Assembly (NCBI GenBank): GCA_963758635.1
Contig: CAVWWD010000003.1
Location: 608,001-672,000, forward strand
Source: an uncultured Candidatus Rokubacteria bacterium
Lineage (GTDB): Bacteria; Methylomirabilota; Methylomirabilia; Rokubacteriales; CSP1-6
DNA: 64,000 nucleotides
Reading direction: 5' to 3'
The notes beneath the pieces were generated by a model, which ran no database searches, was not told the origin of the DNA, and was given only the letters and a program-made list of their open reading frames with translations. Within the stretch, counting starts at the first letter, position 1, and every line of letters begins with the position of its first letter. A program made the translations under genes and the position numbers. Of the stretch, positions 9,275 through 17,920 are shown in pieces.

Positions 9275-9912
9275 CGGCCGGCTCCGGCCGGGGCGGGCCC
9301 CGGAGGCCTCGGCGGCGCGGCGGGCGCGGCCGGAGCCGGCGACGCCGGGGCGCTCCCGTCGCGATAGATGTACGTGGCCATGGTCATCTCCGCGCGCACC
9401 GTGCCCGTGGCCTGGTTGATGCCGGAGATCCTGAAGTCGCCCAGGCTCACGAGGCGCTGGAGCTTGCCGAGCCGGTCGAAGAAGCCGCCCAGCTGGTGGT
9501 AGCCGGTCTCCGCGGTCACGTTGATCGGCACTTCCTGGAAACCCGGCTGCTCGACGGGCGCCCGCGGCTGGAACAGCGCCATGTTGAGGCCGGCCTGCGT
9601 CGCCATGTCGGACAGCGTCCGGTACAGCCGCGGCATCTCCTTCTCGGACGGCATCCGCTCCTTGGCGGCCTCCAGGCGCTTGCGCAGGGCCGCCACCTCG
9701 GTCCGGAACTCCCGCAGCGTGGCCTCGGTGGCCCGGGCGCTGGTGACCTCGGTCTTGAGCGACTCGTTCTGCTGCCAGAGGCCATCGCGCTCGAGGATCT
9801 TCGGCGAGATCACCAGGAAGTACGTCAGGCCGGCGACCAGCGCCAGCCCGACGACGCCGATGGCGATCTTCTGCGACTTCGGCAGCTCGAGGAGCGGCTC
9901 GAGAGAGGCCAT
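9271..9912 (-). CDS. pilO: Type IV pilus assembly protein PilO
   Basis: Single TM plus coiled coil; MPSEKEMPRL, EVPINV, YHQLGGFFDRL. Confidence 0.9.
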   Translation of the reverse strand: MASLEPLLELPKSQKIAIGVVGLALVAGLTYFLVISPKILERDGLWQQNESLKTEVTSARATEATLREFRTEVAALRKRLEAAKERMPSEKEMPRLYRTLSDMATQAGLNMALFQPRAPVEQPGFQEVPINVTAETGYHQLGGFFDRLGKLQRLVSLGDFRISGINQATGTVRAEMTMATYIYRDGSAPASPAPAAPAAPPRPPGPAPAGAGR

Positions 9913-9915
9913 GGC

Positions 9916-10467
9916 TCAGATCTCGAAGCGGCACGTCACCTCGAAGGTGATCGTGCGCACTGGCTTGGTGAGGTCCTGCCGGGACTCCACCAGGTCCACT
10001 TCCGCGAACTTGCCCGATGCCCGCAGGTTGGCCATGAAGTCCGAGAGCACCGTGGAGGAGTAGGTGACGCCGGCGAGGCGGAGCACCGGCCCGCGCTCTT
10101 CCATCCGCGTCAGCCAGAGGTCGCGCGGGACCGAGTCGATGACGGCGTCCAGCAGGTAGACGGGGCGAGTCTGCTTCCGGGCCACCGCGTCGATGGCGTT
10201 CACGCGGCTACGCAGCTCCTCGCTCTCCTTCTTGAAGCGCTGTCCCTCGGCGATGAGGGTCTTCAGACGGTCGATCTCCCGCTTGTTCTCGGTGATCTCG
10301 GTATTCAGCCGAGTCATCTCGCGGTCGAGCGGCCACCACCAGCCAACGAGAGCGACGACGAGGGCGGCGAACAAAATCCCGAACAGCCAGCCGAGGTTGA
10401 ACGACGGGACCGAGAGCGTGAGCTTCTTCTTCGTGGGGGGTGGCGCGAGGTTGATCCTGATCGTCAT
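9916..10467 (-). CDS. pilN: Type IV pilus assembly protein PilN
   Basis: MTIRINLAP (INLLP-like PilM-binding motif), TM, coiled coil, PRDLWLT. Confidence 0.9.
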   Translation of the reverse strand: MTIRINLAPPPTKKKLTLSVPSFNLGWLFGILFAALVVALVGWWWPLDREMTRLNTEITENKREIDRLKTLIAEGQRFKKESEELRSRVNAIDAVARKQTRPVYLLDAVIDSVPRDLWLTRMEERGPVLRLAGVTYSSTVLSDFMANLRASGKFAEVDLVESRQDLTKPVRTITFEVTCRFEI

Positions 10468-11525
10468 GAGGGCTTGTCTCCCGGCCTTCGCAGCCCGAGC
10501 CCGACCGCGACGGCGAGGCTCGGGCCGATCCGCTCCATCTCCTCGGCCGGGAACCGGCTCGCATCCACCTGGATCCCCGCGAACGGGCGCGCCAGCTCGA
10601 CGGGGATGCCCCAGGAGGAGGACAGGAACTCGTCGAGTCCGGACAGGCGCGCGCATCCGCCCGAGAGGATGATCTTGCCGATGCGCTCCGTCTCGGCCAT
10701 GGAAGCGAAGTAGTCGAAGGTCCGCTGCACCTCGAGGGACAGCTCACGGGACACCGCCTCGAGCGCCGGGACCATGTCGTCCCAGTTCACGCCGACCGAC
10801 TGCCCCTGCTTGGCCGCCTCCGCCTTCTCGAAGGGGATGCTGAGCCGCTGGGCGATGGCGTCGGTGTAGGTGTTGCCGCCGAACGGCACGTCCCGCGCGA
10901 AGATCGACAGGCCCTCGCGGATGACGTTGGTCTTCATCACGCTGGCGCCGATGTCGATCAGGGCGACGGCCTCCCCCTCGGCCCGGTTGCCCTGCTCGTA
11001 CTGGTTCTGGAGGGCGAAGTCGTCGAGGTCCACCACCACGGCCTGGAGCCCGGCGTCCTCGACGGCGGACACGTACTCCAGCACCTTCACGCGCTTGACC
11101 GCCACCAGCATCACGTCCATCGCGTTGCCCGACTCGCCCATGACCTGGTAGTCGAGGAACACATCGTCGACCGCGAAGGGGATATGGTGCTCGGCCTCGA
11201 GCGTGATCGCGTCGGCCAGCTCCTTGGGGGACACCCGGGGGAGAGACACCCGCTTGGTGATGCCCTCGCGGCCGGAGATCGAGATGACGGCGGCCGTGGT
11301 CTTGATCCCCGCCCGGTCGACGCACTCCTTGATGGCCTCGGTGACCACCGCGGGGTCCTTGATGGTGCCCTCCGCGATGATGTCCCGGGGCATGGGCATC
11401 GTGGCGAAGGACTGCAGGGCGAACTCGCCTGCGCGACCCTCGGCCAGCTCGACCACCTTCACGACGCTCGAGCCGATGTCCAGTCCGAACGTGTTCTGCT
11501 TCTTTCGCAACCCGAACAGCGCCAT
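10464..11525 (-). CDS. pilM: Type IV pilus assembly protein PilM
   Basis: GLDIGSSVVKVVEL, ALIDIGAS, FGGN, ILSGGCA, AVAVGLGLR. Confidence 0.95.
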   Translation of the reverse strand: MALFGLRKKQNTFGLDIGSSVVKVVELAEGRAGEFALQSFATMPMPRDIIAEGTIKDPAVVTEAIKECVDRAGIKTTAAVISISGREGITKRVSLPRVSPKELADAITLEAEHHIPFAVDDVFLDYQVMGESGNAMDVMLVAVKRVKVLEYVSAVEDAGLQAVVVDLDDFALQNQYEQGNRAEGEAVALIDIGASVMKTNVIREGLSIFARDVPFGGNTYTDAIAQRLSIPFEKAEAAKQGQSVGVNWDDMVPALEAVSRELSLEVQRTFDYFASMAETERIGKIILSGGCARLSGLDEFLSSSWGIPVELARPFAGIQVDASRFPAEEMERIGPSLAVAVGLGLRRPGDKPS

Positions 11526-11732
11526 ACCGGGCTCCCGATCTCGCCGCCGCCCTCTCCGGAGGATGCGGCGGCGCGCGTGCCGACGAGTGGAGGGAAGTGA
11601 CGTTCGGGAACTACCGATTGTTCCGTGTTGGTGACTGTATATGGGCGTTTCTCGTGCCCTCGCACTCATCCGGCGCTCCTCATGTTGTGGACCGGAACGC
11701 GAGCGCTACATCCAGGGGGGCCCGAATCGGCG

Positions 11733-12947
11733 TCACGGGTCGGGGGTCTCCCGGTAGGTGCCCGGTTTGACGACGAAACTTTCCGGCACCGTGGCGCCGC
11801 CCGTGCGAGCGGCGCGGCAGCCATACGCGATGTGCGCCCCACCCCCCACCGCGGTGACGGGATCCCGGAGGTTTCCGGAGATGACCTGCCCCAGGATGCG
11901 TGCCGGCCCCGACACCTGGATGTCGTTAACGGCGTACAGGAGCCCCTGGCTCTCGAAGTCCCCGGAGAGGCGAAGCCCTCCGTTGACGATGAGCCATCCC
12001 CGGAAGACGCCCCCGGGCCCGGTGCCCGCCCGGCCCTCCACCGTGACGACGGCGGGGCTCGCCGCGTCGATCCCGCCGCTGGCCGTGTCCACGAACACGA
12101 CGCCGTCTCCCAGTCGGTTCAAGGAGCCGAAGCTCACGGCGCCCTGGTGGTAAGTGCCGCGCGACCTGGCGTAGGCCCGGAGCACGGACAGGTTGTCGGC
12201 GGTCAAGACGTGGGCGTCGAAGAGCGCCTGGCTCTGGCCCTGGGCGGCGTCGCCGGCCTCGTCGGGCATGTCGTCGCCGTCCGCGCCGAACACCTGGCCA
12301 TCGCCGCGCTCGGTCAGCCCTTCGGCGGGCGGCTCCGCGACCCGGGTCGACAGCGTGCCGTATCGGCTTCCGCACGAGGTGTCGGCCCGGGCGTCGATCG
12401 TGGAGCCTCCGGCGAGCCTGATGTCGCCGCGCGCGCAAAGCGCGCACGGGAGGTCCAGGGCCGGAAAGCCGAAGTCCATGACCGTGGCCGTCACCCGCTG
12501 GTGAGCCTTCGTCCGCGGGTCCGCCGGCGAATCGCCGGGGACCCAGCCGATCGAGGTCAACAGGCGCTCGTTCGGCGCCGCGCCTGGCGCCACGTGGAGC
12601 CGGAAGCCGCCGATCGGGAGGCCGGCCGAGGCAACCGGCACGAGCACGCTGCCGTCGAACGGGGCGGGCACCGGGGTGGGCAGGGGCGAGGCGAGCACCC
12701 CGGGCGTGCCATTCGACATCCGGCCGGCGCTCAGCGCCCACACGGCGTGCTCGATGCCGGATTCGGCCACCGCTCGCGCCTGCGCGACCAGCAGCTGGTT
12801 GGTCGCGATCGTCGGCTCGGTCGCAGCGAGGACCGAGAAAGCGAGGGCGAGGGCGGCCAGGATCAGGAGGGCGACGAGGGCCATCGGCAAGGCGATGCCC
12901 TGCCGGCTCGCGAGGGCCGATGAGAGCAGGCGCCGGCCGGAGATCAC
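11733..12947 (-). CDS. PilX-like minor pilin / pilus assembly protein with large C-terminal domain
   Basis: QGIALPMAL class III signal without E5; QARAVAESGIEHA PilX N-terminal motif; GTG start overlaps the upstream TGA. Confidence 0.75.
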   Translation of the reverse strand: MISGRRLLSSALASRQGIALPMALVALLILAALALAFSVLAATEPTIATNQLLVAQARAVAESGIEHAVWALSAGRMSNGTPGVLASPLPTPVPAPFDGSVLVPVASAGLPIGGFRLHVAPGAAPNERLLTSIGWVPGDSPADPRTKAHQRVTATVMDFGFPALDLPCALCARGDIRLAGGSTIDARADTSCGSRYGTLSTRVAEPPAEGLTERGDGQVFGADGDDMPDEAGDAAQGQSQALFDAHVLTADNLSVLRAYARSRGTYHQGAVSFGSLNRLGDGVVFVDTASGGIDAASPAVVTVEGRAGTGPGGVFRGWLIVNGGLRLSGDFESQGLLYAVNDIQVSGPARILGQVISGNLRDPVTAVGGGAHIAYGCRAARTGGATVPESFVVKPGTYRETPDP

Positions 12948-13432
12948 CGGCGCGCGAGGAGAAGGGTGAGGACCGCGGACTTGGACGAGGGCGAGCGGCC
13001 CACACCGGTGAGCGGCGCATAGCTCACCGTGACCGTGACCTGCCTGAGGCCGTCGGCCAGGACTCCGGCGCACCCCGGACCGGTCCCGCAGTCCATGACG
13101 CGGACGCGGCGGCTGTACTGGGTGTACGGGGCGGCGACGGGCGACTCGTCCGGGAAGCTCGTGATGCCATCGACGGCGGGAGGGGCGTCGGCCGAGGGGG
13201 AGAGCCCGAGGTCATCCCGGGGCGGTGTCGCCGTCCACACGGCCATGCGCACCTGCTCGAGGCGCTGCCCGGCGAGGAACGTGGCGGTCGAGAGCTGGGA
13301 GCCTTCCTGGATGCCGTACGCGGAGAGCGGCACCGTGGCGACCAGCCCTGCGAGCCCCACGGCGATGATGCCCGCCGCCAGCGCGACCTCGACCAGCGTG
13401 AGGCCCCGCTGGCCGTACGCCAGCGTCGACAC
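12944..13432 (-). CDS. PilV-like minor pilin
   Basis: QRGLTLVEVALA prepilin motif; ATFLAGQRLEQVR; QVTVTVSY. Confidence 0.8.
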   Translation of the reverse strand: MSTLAYGQRGLTLVEVALAAGIIAVGLAGLVATVPLSAYGIQEGSQLSTATFLAGQRLEQVRMAVWTATPPRDDLGLSPSADAPPAVDGITSFPDESPVAAPYTQYSRRVRVMDCGTGPGCAGVLADGLRQVTVTVSYAPLTGVGRSPSSKSAVLTLLLARR

Positions 13433-13444
13433 CGCAGACCTGCG

Positions 13445-13930
13445 TCAGGGACCGATCGTGATCCGGCCGGAGGCGGCGACGGTCACGGTCATCGTGCGGT
13501 TGTTGGCCGTGTTCGTCACCGTGTAAGTCGCGGCCGGTGCGGCCGCGCCCAGATAGTTGAAGATGGGGTTCGCGGTGCTGCTGAGGCTGAATCCCGACGG
13601 CAGCTTCAGATTGCCGGACCCGTCGGTGTTGGTCCCCAGCCAGGTCGTCCCGGCGCACGTCCCGATCTTGAGCCGGATCGCGCCGCTCGCGGTGACGACG
13701 CACATCGGCTGGTTCTGCCTGATCGCCTGCTGGCGTCCCTGGTTGAGGAAGGCGGCCAGCTCTTCCGCCGAGCTCTTGAGCGCCGCCGCCTGGTAGTAGG
13801 TCAAGAAGAACGGGATCGACGCCGTCGCGAGAATGCCGAGGATCGCGCACACCACCAGGAGCTCGGCCATGCTGAAGCCGCCCGCGCCTCGGGCCGTTCG
13901 AACGATTGTGGTTCTCACGGTGCCATCCAT
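13445..13930 (-). CDS. FimT/FimU (GspH-like) minor pilin
   Basis: GGFSMAELLVV prepilin motif; LNQGRQQAI; terminal VAASGRI; true start uncertain (see findings). Confidence 0.82.
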   Translation of the reverse strand: MDGTVRTTIVRTARGAGGFSMAELLVVCAILGILATASIPFFLTYYQAAALKSSAEELAAFLNQGRQQAIRQNQPMCVVTASGAIRLKIGTCAGTTWLGTNTDGSGNLKLPSGFSLSSTANPIFNYLGAAAPAATYTVTNTANNRTMTVTVAASGRITIGP

Positions 13931-13933
13931 TTT

Positions 13934-13985
13934 CGTCTGTGTCGTGCGTCTGTGTCGTGCGTCTGTGTCGTGCGTCTGTGTCGTG
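13934..13985. repeat. 13-bp VNTR, 4 perfect copies of CGTCTGTGTCGTG
   Basis: Units start at 13934, 13947, 13960 and 13973. Confidence 0.97.
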
Positions 13986-14189
13986 TCGTCCGTCGGTATC
14001 GTGTGGTCGTCGTTCTAGCATCTCTGCTCCGCGGCGCTTCAGCGGCGCCGCCTGCCTCGTCGTGAGCGGATCTTAGCAAGGCGGCGATCGGGTCCGGAAT
14101 GTCCAGAGATCGATACACCGCGGGCCGCCCGGAGGCCCGCCTGGCCCGCATCGCGCTCCGGAGAAGTCCTGCGGCGGCGCCGTCGCCCG

Positions 14190-14954
14190 TCATGGGACGA
14201 ACGCGCCGAAGTACCAGTCGATGAGCCGGTCCTCGTACAGGAAGGCCACCATCCCGCCGAGAGCCAGGAACGGCCCGAACGGGACCGGGTCCTTCCGGCC
14301 CTTGCGGCCCAGGGCGAGGAGGACGACGGCCACCAGGCCGCCCGTCAGCGCGGCGAGGAGCATCGCGACCAGCAGGCCCTGCCAGCCCAGGAACGCGCCG
14401 AGCATGGCGGCGAGCTTCATGTCGCCCCCGCCCATCCCGCCCCCGCTCGCCACGATGATGACGAAGAAGAGGCCCCCGCCCACCAGCACGCCGATCAGGG
14501 CGTCGAGCCAGCGCGGCGCCCCCGTGAGCAAGCTCAGCGCGACGCCCACGACGATGCCGGGCAGGCTCACCACGTCGGGGATGATCTGGTGGTCGAGGTC
14601 GATCCCGGTGACGACCACGAGCGCCGAGGCGAGCAGCAGCCCGGGCACGAGCCCGATCCCGGGCCCGCGCGCCAGGAGGACCAGTACGAAGAGGATCCCG
14701 GTGGCGAGCTCGACGAGCGGGTAGCGCCACGAGATGGGCGCCGCGCACTGCCGGCATCGGGCGCGCAGGACGGCGAAGGACAGGAGCGGCACGTTGTCGT
14801 ACCAGCGGATGGGCGTGTCGCACCGCGGACACTTCGAGCCCGGGCTGACGATGCTCGCGCCCTCGGGCAGCCGCGCGATCACGACGTTCAGGAAGCTGCC
14901 CACGCAGAGCCCGAACACGAGGGCGACGACGAGGGTGGCGGCCTCCGGGGTCAT
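14190..14954 (-). CDS. pilD: Prepilin peptidase / N-methyltransferase
   Basis: GSFLNVVIARLP, CPRC...CRQC, IDLDHQIIPD, GMGGGDMKL, PFGPFL; start MTPEAATL. Confidence 0.95.
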   Translation of the reverse strand: MTPEAATLVVALVFGLCVGSFLNVVIARLPEGASIVSPGSKCPRCDTPIRWYDNVPLLSFAVLRARCRQCAAPISWRYPLVELATGILFVLVLLARGPGIGLVPGLLLASALVVVTGIDLDHQIIPDVVSLPGIVVGVALSLLTGAPRWLDALIGVLVGGGLFFVIIVASGGGMGGGDMKLAAMLGAFLGWQGLLVAMLLAALTGGLVAVVLLALGRKGRKDPVPFGPFLALGGMVAFLYEDRLIDWYFGAFVP

Positions 14955-16933
14955 CGGACGGCGCCACGGCTGCGCTCGATCTGGCGCTCGGCATAGACGA
15001 CGTCGGCGCGGTGCTGATCGGTCTGCTCGGGGGCCGAGCGGACCGAGGCGATGTACCGTGCCCACCACTCGCGGGCCCGGGCCGGATCCTTCGGCCCGTG
15101 GATCTCCGCCGCCACGCGGTAGCCCCAGCCATTGCCCGGGCTCATGAGGGCGCTCAGCGCGAGCCCCCGTTCGAGGGTGCGCTCCGCCTCCTCCTGCCGG
15201 CCCAGCTTGGCCAAGGCCAGGGCCAGGTTGAACACGGCGTTGACCTGGTTCGGGTTGAGCCGGAGCGAGTCCTGGAGGTGGACCGCCGCGGGCGCGGGCT
15301 CGCTCCGATACAGGTACACGGCGCCCACGGTGGACAGGACGTTGGGGTTCTTCGGCGCGTACGCGTACGCGCGGAGCGCGTTGCGAAGCCCCTCGTCTCG
15401 CTCGCCCAGGACCGTCTGGGCCAGCGCCAGCGACACCAGGGCGCGCGGGTTCTTCGGCAGGATCTCGACCGCGCGCTGGAGGTGTTCCCGAGCCGGGGCC
15501 ACCTGTCCGCGCTGGATCTGGGTGAGGCCCAGGTTCACGTGGGGCAGGGCGGCCTCCGGCGACGTCTCGACCATGCGCAGGTAGAGCCGGTAATCGTCCT
15601 TCCAGTCCTCGTTGCGCGAAAGCGTGAGTACGGCGTAGGTGACCAGGAGGGCCATGACGGGCAGGGCCACATACGCCTTCACCTGCCGCGCCCGGCCGGC
15701 GTCCGTCCGCTCGAGGTCGCCGAGCAGGGGGCGCAGCGCCGCCCCGGCGGCGATGCAGAAGCCCACGCTGGGCAGGTAGAGGAAGCGCTCGGCCATGATG
15801 GGCGCGGAGAGCGGTAGGAAGTTGACCCCGGCGGATGGGATCAGCGCGATCGCGAACCAGAGCGCACCGAAGGCCACCACCGGCCAGCGCCGGACGGCGA
15901 CGGCGACCAGCCCGATCACGGCCACGAGGAAGCCCACGGCGAGCCACCAGACCGCCGGGGGTGGCGGCGTCACCGGCACGATCGGGTAGTAGGCGTTGGC
16001 CGGAAACGGCACGAGCGCCAGCCACGCGTACCAGGCGACGATCTTGATGCCGGTGAGGGCGCGGACGATGAGCGGCGCCCACGCGGGGCCGTCCGAGTCG
16101 GTGAGGCCTCCGATGGCCAGCAGCCGGAGCCACGCGTAGAGACCGATGACGCCGGCGTAGGGCATGCACCGCGCGATCGTCGGGGCCAGGGCCCGCCCGC
16201 CCAGGCCGGGACGATCCCGGGCCCAGTCGTAGAGCGCCAGGACCAGCGGCAGCACGACCGCCACCTCCTTCGAGGCGAGCGCCAGGAAGAACGCGGCGAG
16301 GGAGCCCGCGGCCCAGAGCGGCCGTCCGGTGTCGCGCCAGCGCGCGTAGCCGAGAACGGCCATCAGGAAGAAGAGCGTGGCGAAGATGTCCGTGCGGCCC
16401 GACACGAAGGCCACCGACTCCGAATGGAGCGGATGCAGCGCGAAGAGCACGCCCGCGCCACCTGCGGCCACGCGACGACGCGTCAAGCGCCAAGCCAGCG
16501 CGAGGACGGCGAGTGATGTCGCGAGGTGGGCGAGGACGTTGGTCAGATGAAAGCCGAGCGGGTTCAGCCCCCACACCTGCAGGTCCAGGAAGAACGTGAA
16601 CGTGATGAACGGACGATAGTAGTGGCTGGCCTCCTGCACCTCGGCCCAGAAGTGCGTGGCCAGCGCCGGCCACAGATCGCGCCAGTCGTGGAGCTGGTAG
16701 CTCCGCTGGATCAGCAGCGTGTCGTCCCACACGAATTCGAACGCGAGTGTGCCCGCGAACGCCATGAGCGCGGCGAGGGCCACGACCACCGCCACGAGGG
16801 GGGTGAGGCGCAGCGCGGGACCATCCTGCGGGCCGAGGGGCCGGGGAGGCTCGCTTCGGAGCTCTTCGACGGACCGTTTGTCGAGCGTCGGCGGGGTGGG
16901 CCGCTCGAGGAGCGCGGGAGACGTGAGGTTCAT
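14951..16933 (-). CDS. TMTC-like GT-C fold membrane glycosyltransferase with C-terminal TPRs
   Basis: FVWDD, YYRPF, GFHLTNVLAH, LFALHPLHSESVAFVSGR, SKE, AERFLYLPS, RNEDW, then TPR repeats. Confidence 0.82.
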   Translation of the reverse strand: MNLTSPALLERPTPPTLDKRSVEELRSEPPRPLGPQDGPALRLTPLVAVVVALAALMAFAGTLAFEFVWDDTLLIQRSYQLHDWRDLWPALATHFWAEVQEASHYYRPFITFTFFLDLQVWGLNPLGFHLTNVLAHLATSLAVLALAWRLTRRRVAAGGAGVLFALHPLHSESVAFVSGRTDIFATLFFLMAVLGYARWRDTGRPLWAAGSLAAFFLALASKEVAVVLPLVLALYDWARDRPGLGGRALAPTIARCMPYAGVIGLYAWLRLLAIGGLTDSDGPAWAPLIVRALTGIKIVAWYAWLALVPFPANAYYPIVPVTPPPPAVWWLAVGFLVAVIGLVAVAVRRWPVVAFGALWFAIALIPSAGVNFLPLSAPIMAERFLYLPSVGFCIAAGAALRPLLGDLERTDAGRARQVKAYVALPVMALLVTYAVLTLSRNEDWKDDYRLYLRMVETSPEAALPHVNLGLTQIQRGQVAPAREHLQRAVEILPKNPRALVSLALAQTVLGERDEGLRNALRAYAYAPKNPNVLSTVGAVYLYRSEPAPAAVHLQDSLRLNPNQVNAVFNLALALAKLGRQEEAERTLERGLALSALMSPGNGWGYRVAAEIHGPKDPARAREWWARYIASVRSAPEQTDQHRADVVYAERQIERSRGAVR

Positions 16934-16961
16934 TCGCTGAGCCGTCCGGTCGCCGCAAGTG

Positions 16962-16994
16962 CGACGGGGGAGGGGTTGCCCCCTCCCCCCGTCG
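16962..16994 (-). terminator. Stem-loop downstream of pilA (terminator or mRNA-stability hairpin)
   Basis: CGACGGGGGAGGGG-TTGC-CCCCTCCCCCCGTCG inverted repeat; no U-tract. Confidence 0.55.
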
Positions 16995-17019
16995 GCTCTG
17001 GCCGTGTGGCCGGTGCTGG

Positions 17020-17436
17020 CTACGGCAGGCTGATCGTCGTGCCGTCGCCGCTCGCGCTGACCGTGAAGGTGCCGTTGGCGTTCGAAGCGTAGCTGTAGCT
17101 GGACCAGCCCGGGTTGCCACCGGACGGAGGCGCCGGGGTCGAGGGCATGAACGGGCCAGCCGACTGACCCTGCGAGTTCGTTGCGGCGCTGTTCAGAGCG
17201 GCCAGCGTGCCCGGGAGCGAGCCCATGTGCGCCGAGTACATGTTGATGGCGGACACGAGCGTGCGGGAGTCGGCCTGCGCCTTGGCGATGCGGGCCCGCG
17301 CCTGGATGTTCGCGTAGAGCGGGATCGCGATCGCGGCCAGGATGCCGATGATGGCCACGACGATCATCAGCTCGATGAGCGTGAAGCCACGCTGATTGCC
17401 CAACGCCTTCCGTCTCTTGTGCCAGAAGCTGATCAT
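17020..17436 (-). CDS. pilA: Major type IVa pilin
   Basis: NQRG|FTLIELMIVVAIIGILAAIAIP; start MISFWHK after a G-rich SD; Ser/Thr-rich, Cys-free C-terminus. Confidence 0.92.
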   Translation of the reverse strand: MISFWHKRRKALGNQRGFTLIELMIVVAIIGILAAIAIPLYANIQARARIAKAQADSRTLVSAINMYSAHMGSLPGTLAALNSAATNSQGQSAGPFMPSTPAPPSGGNPGWSSYSYASNANGTFTVSASGDGTTISLP

Positions 17437-17510
17437 TTCTGGGGTCCCCCCTGTTAGTGTGACGGGCCGATCACGCGGCCCACGTTCTTGTCGGCTGCTT
17501 CTCTCCTCGG

Positions 17511-17526
17511 TGCAGGTTCGGTGCCA
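17511..17526 (-). promoter_or_regulatory. Sigma54 (-24/-12) promoter of pilA
   Basis: TGGCAC-CGAAC-CTGCA on the minus strand ~75 bp upstream of the pilA ATG; one mismatch to TGGCAC-N5-TTGCA. Confidence 0.75.
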
Positions 17527-17789
17527 CCGATGCAGCCCCCTTGGCCGAGCACCCGCCTGAGATCCACGAGGACATCGATTCTCGCGGCTCCCCTCCCCGA
17601 ACCCCGTGAAAAAATGGTCTCCGAAGCGCGGTCCGGGTGCTGGCCCTGGCCGGTCGCCGCGCGGCAGTCTTCGGGCCCCGCGGGTGTCCGGGTGACAAGA
17701 CTTGTTAGTCCGATGACCAAGGAACGTCAGGTGCTCACCCACCGCTGCATTCCTCCTCTGCTTGTGCCGCCGCCGCTGTGCACCTGCCC

Positions 17790-17916
17790 CGCCCACGGAC
17801 CGGCTCGCGTGCTGGAGCCACGTCCCCGCGGAGACCACGAGGACGGCGACGGCGAGTCGCGTCCACCCGAGCTGCCGCGCGGAGGGCGGGTGCCCGGCCG
17901 CCGCCGTCACCGCCAA
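17790..17916 (-). pseudogene. Possible N-terminal stub of a PilS-like sensor kinase
   Basis: Coding-like ~40 codons right after the pilC stop (…RQLGWTRLAVAVLVVSAGTWLQ) with one TM helix, at the position pilS occupies in deltaproteobacterial pil loci. Confidence 0.35.
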
Positions 17917-17920
17917 CCGG

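Noticed and set aside
11645..11658. Sigma54 promoter upstream of pilM
   Set aside because: Only GG-N10-GC (GGCACGAGAAACGC) with a poor -12 element; could arise by chance
17020..17436. Conductive e-pilin
   Set aside because: Full-length globular pilin with few aromatic residues in the N-terminal helix and no cytochrome genes nearby
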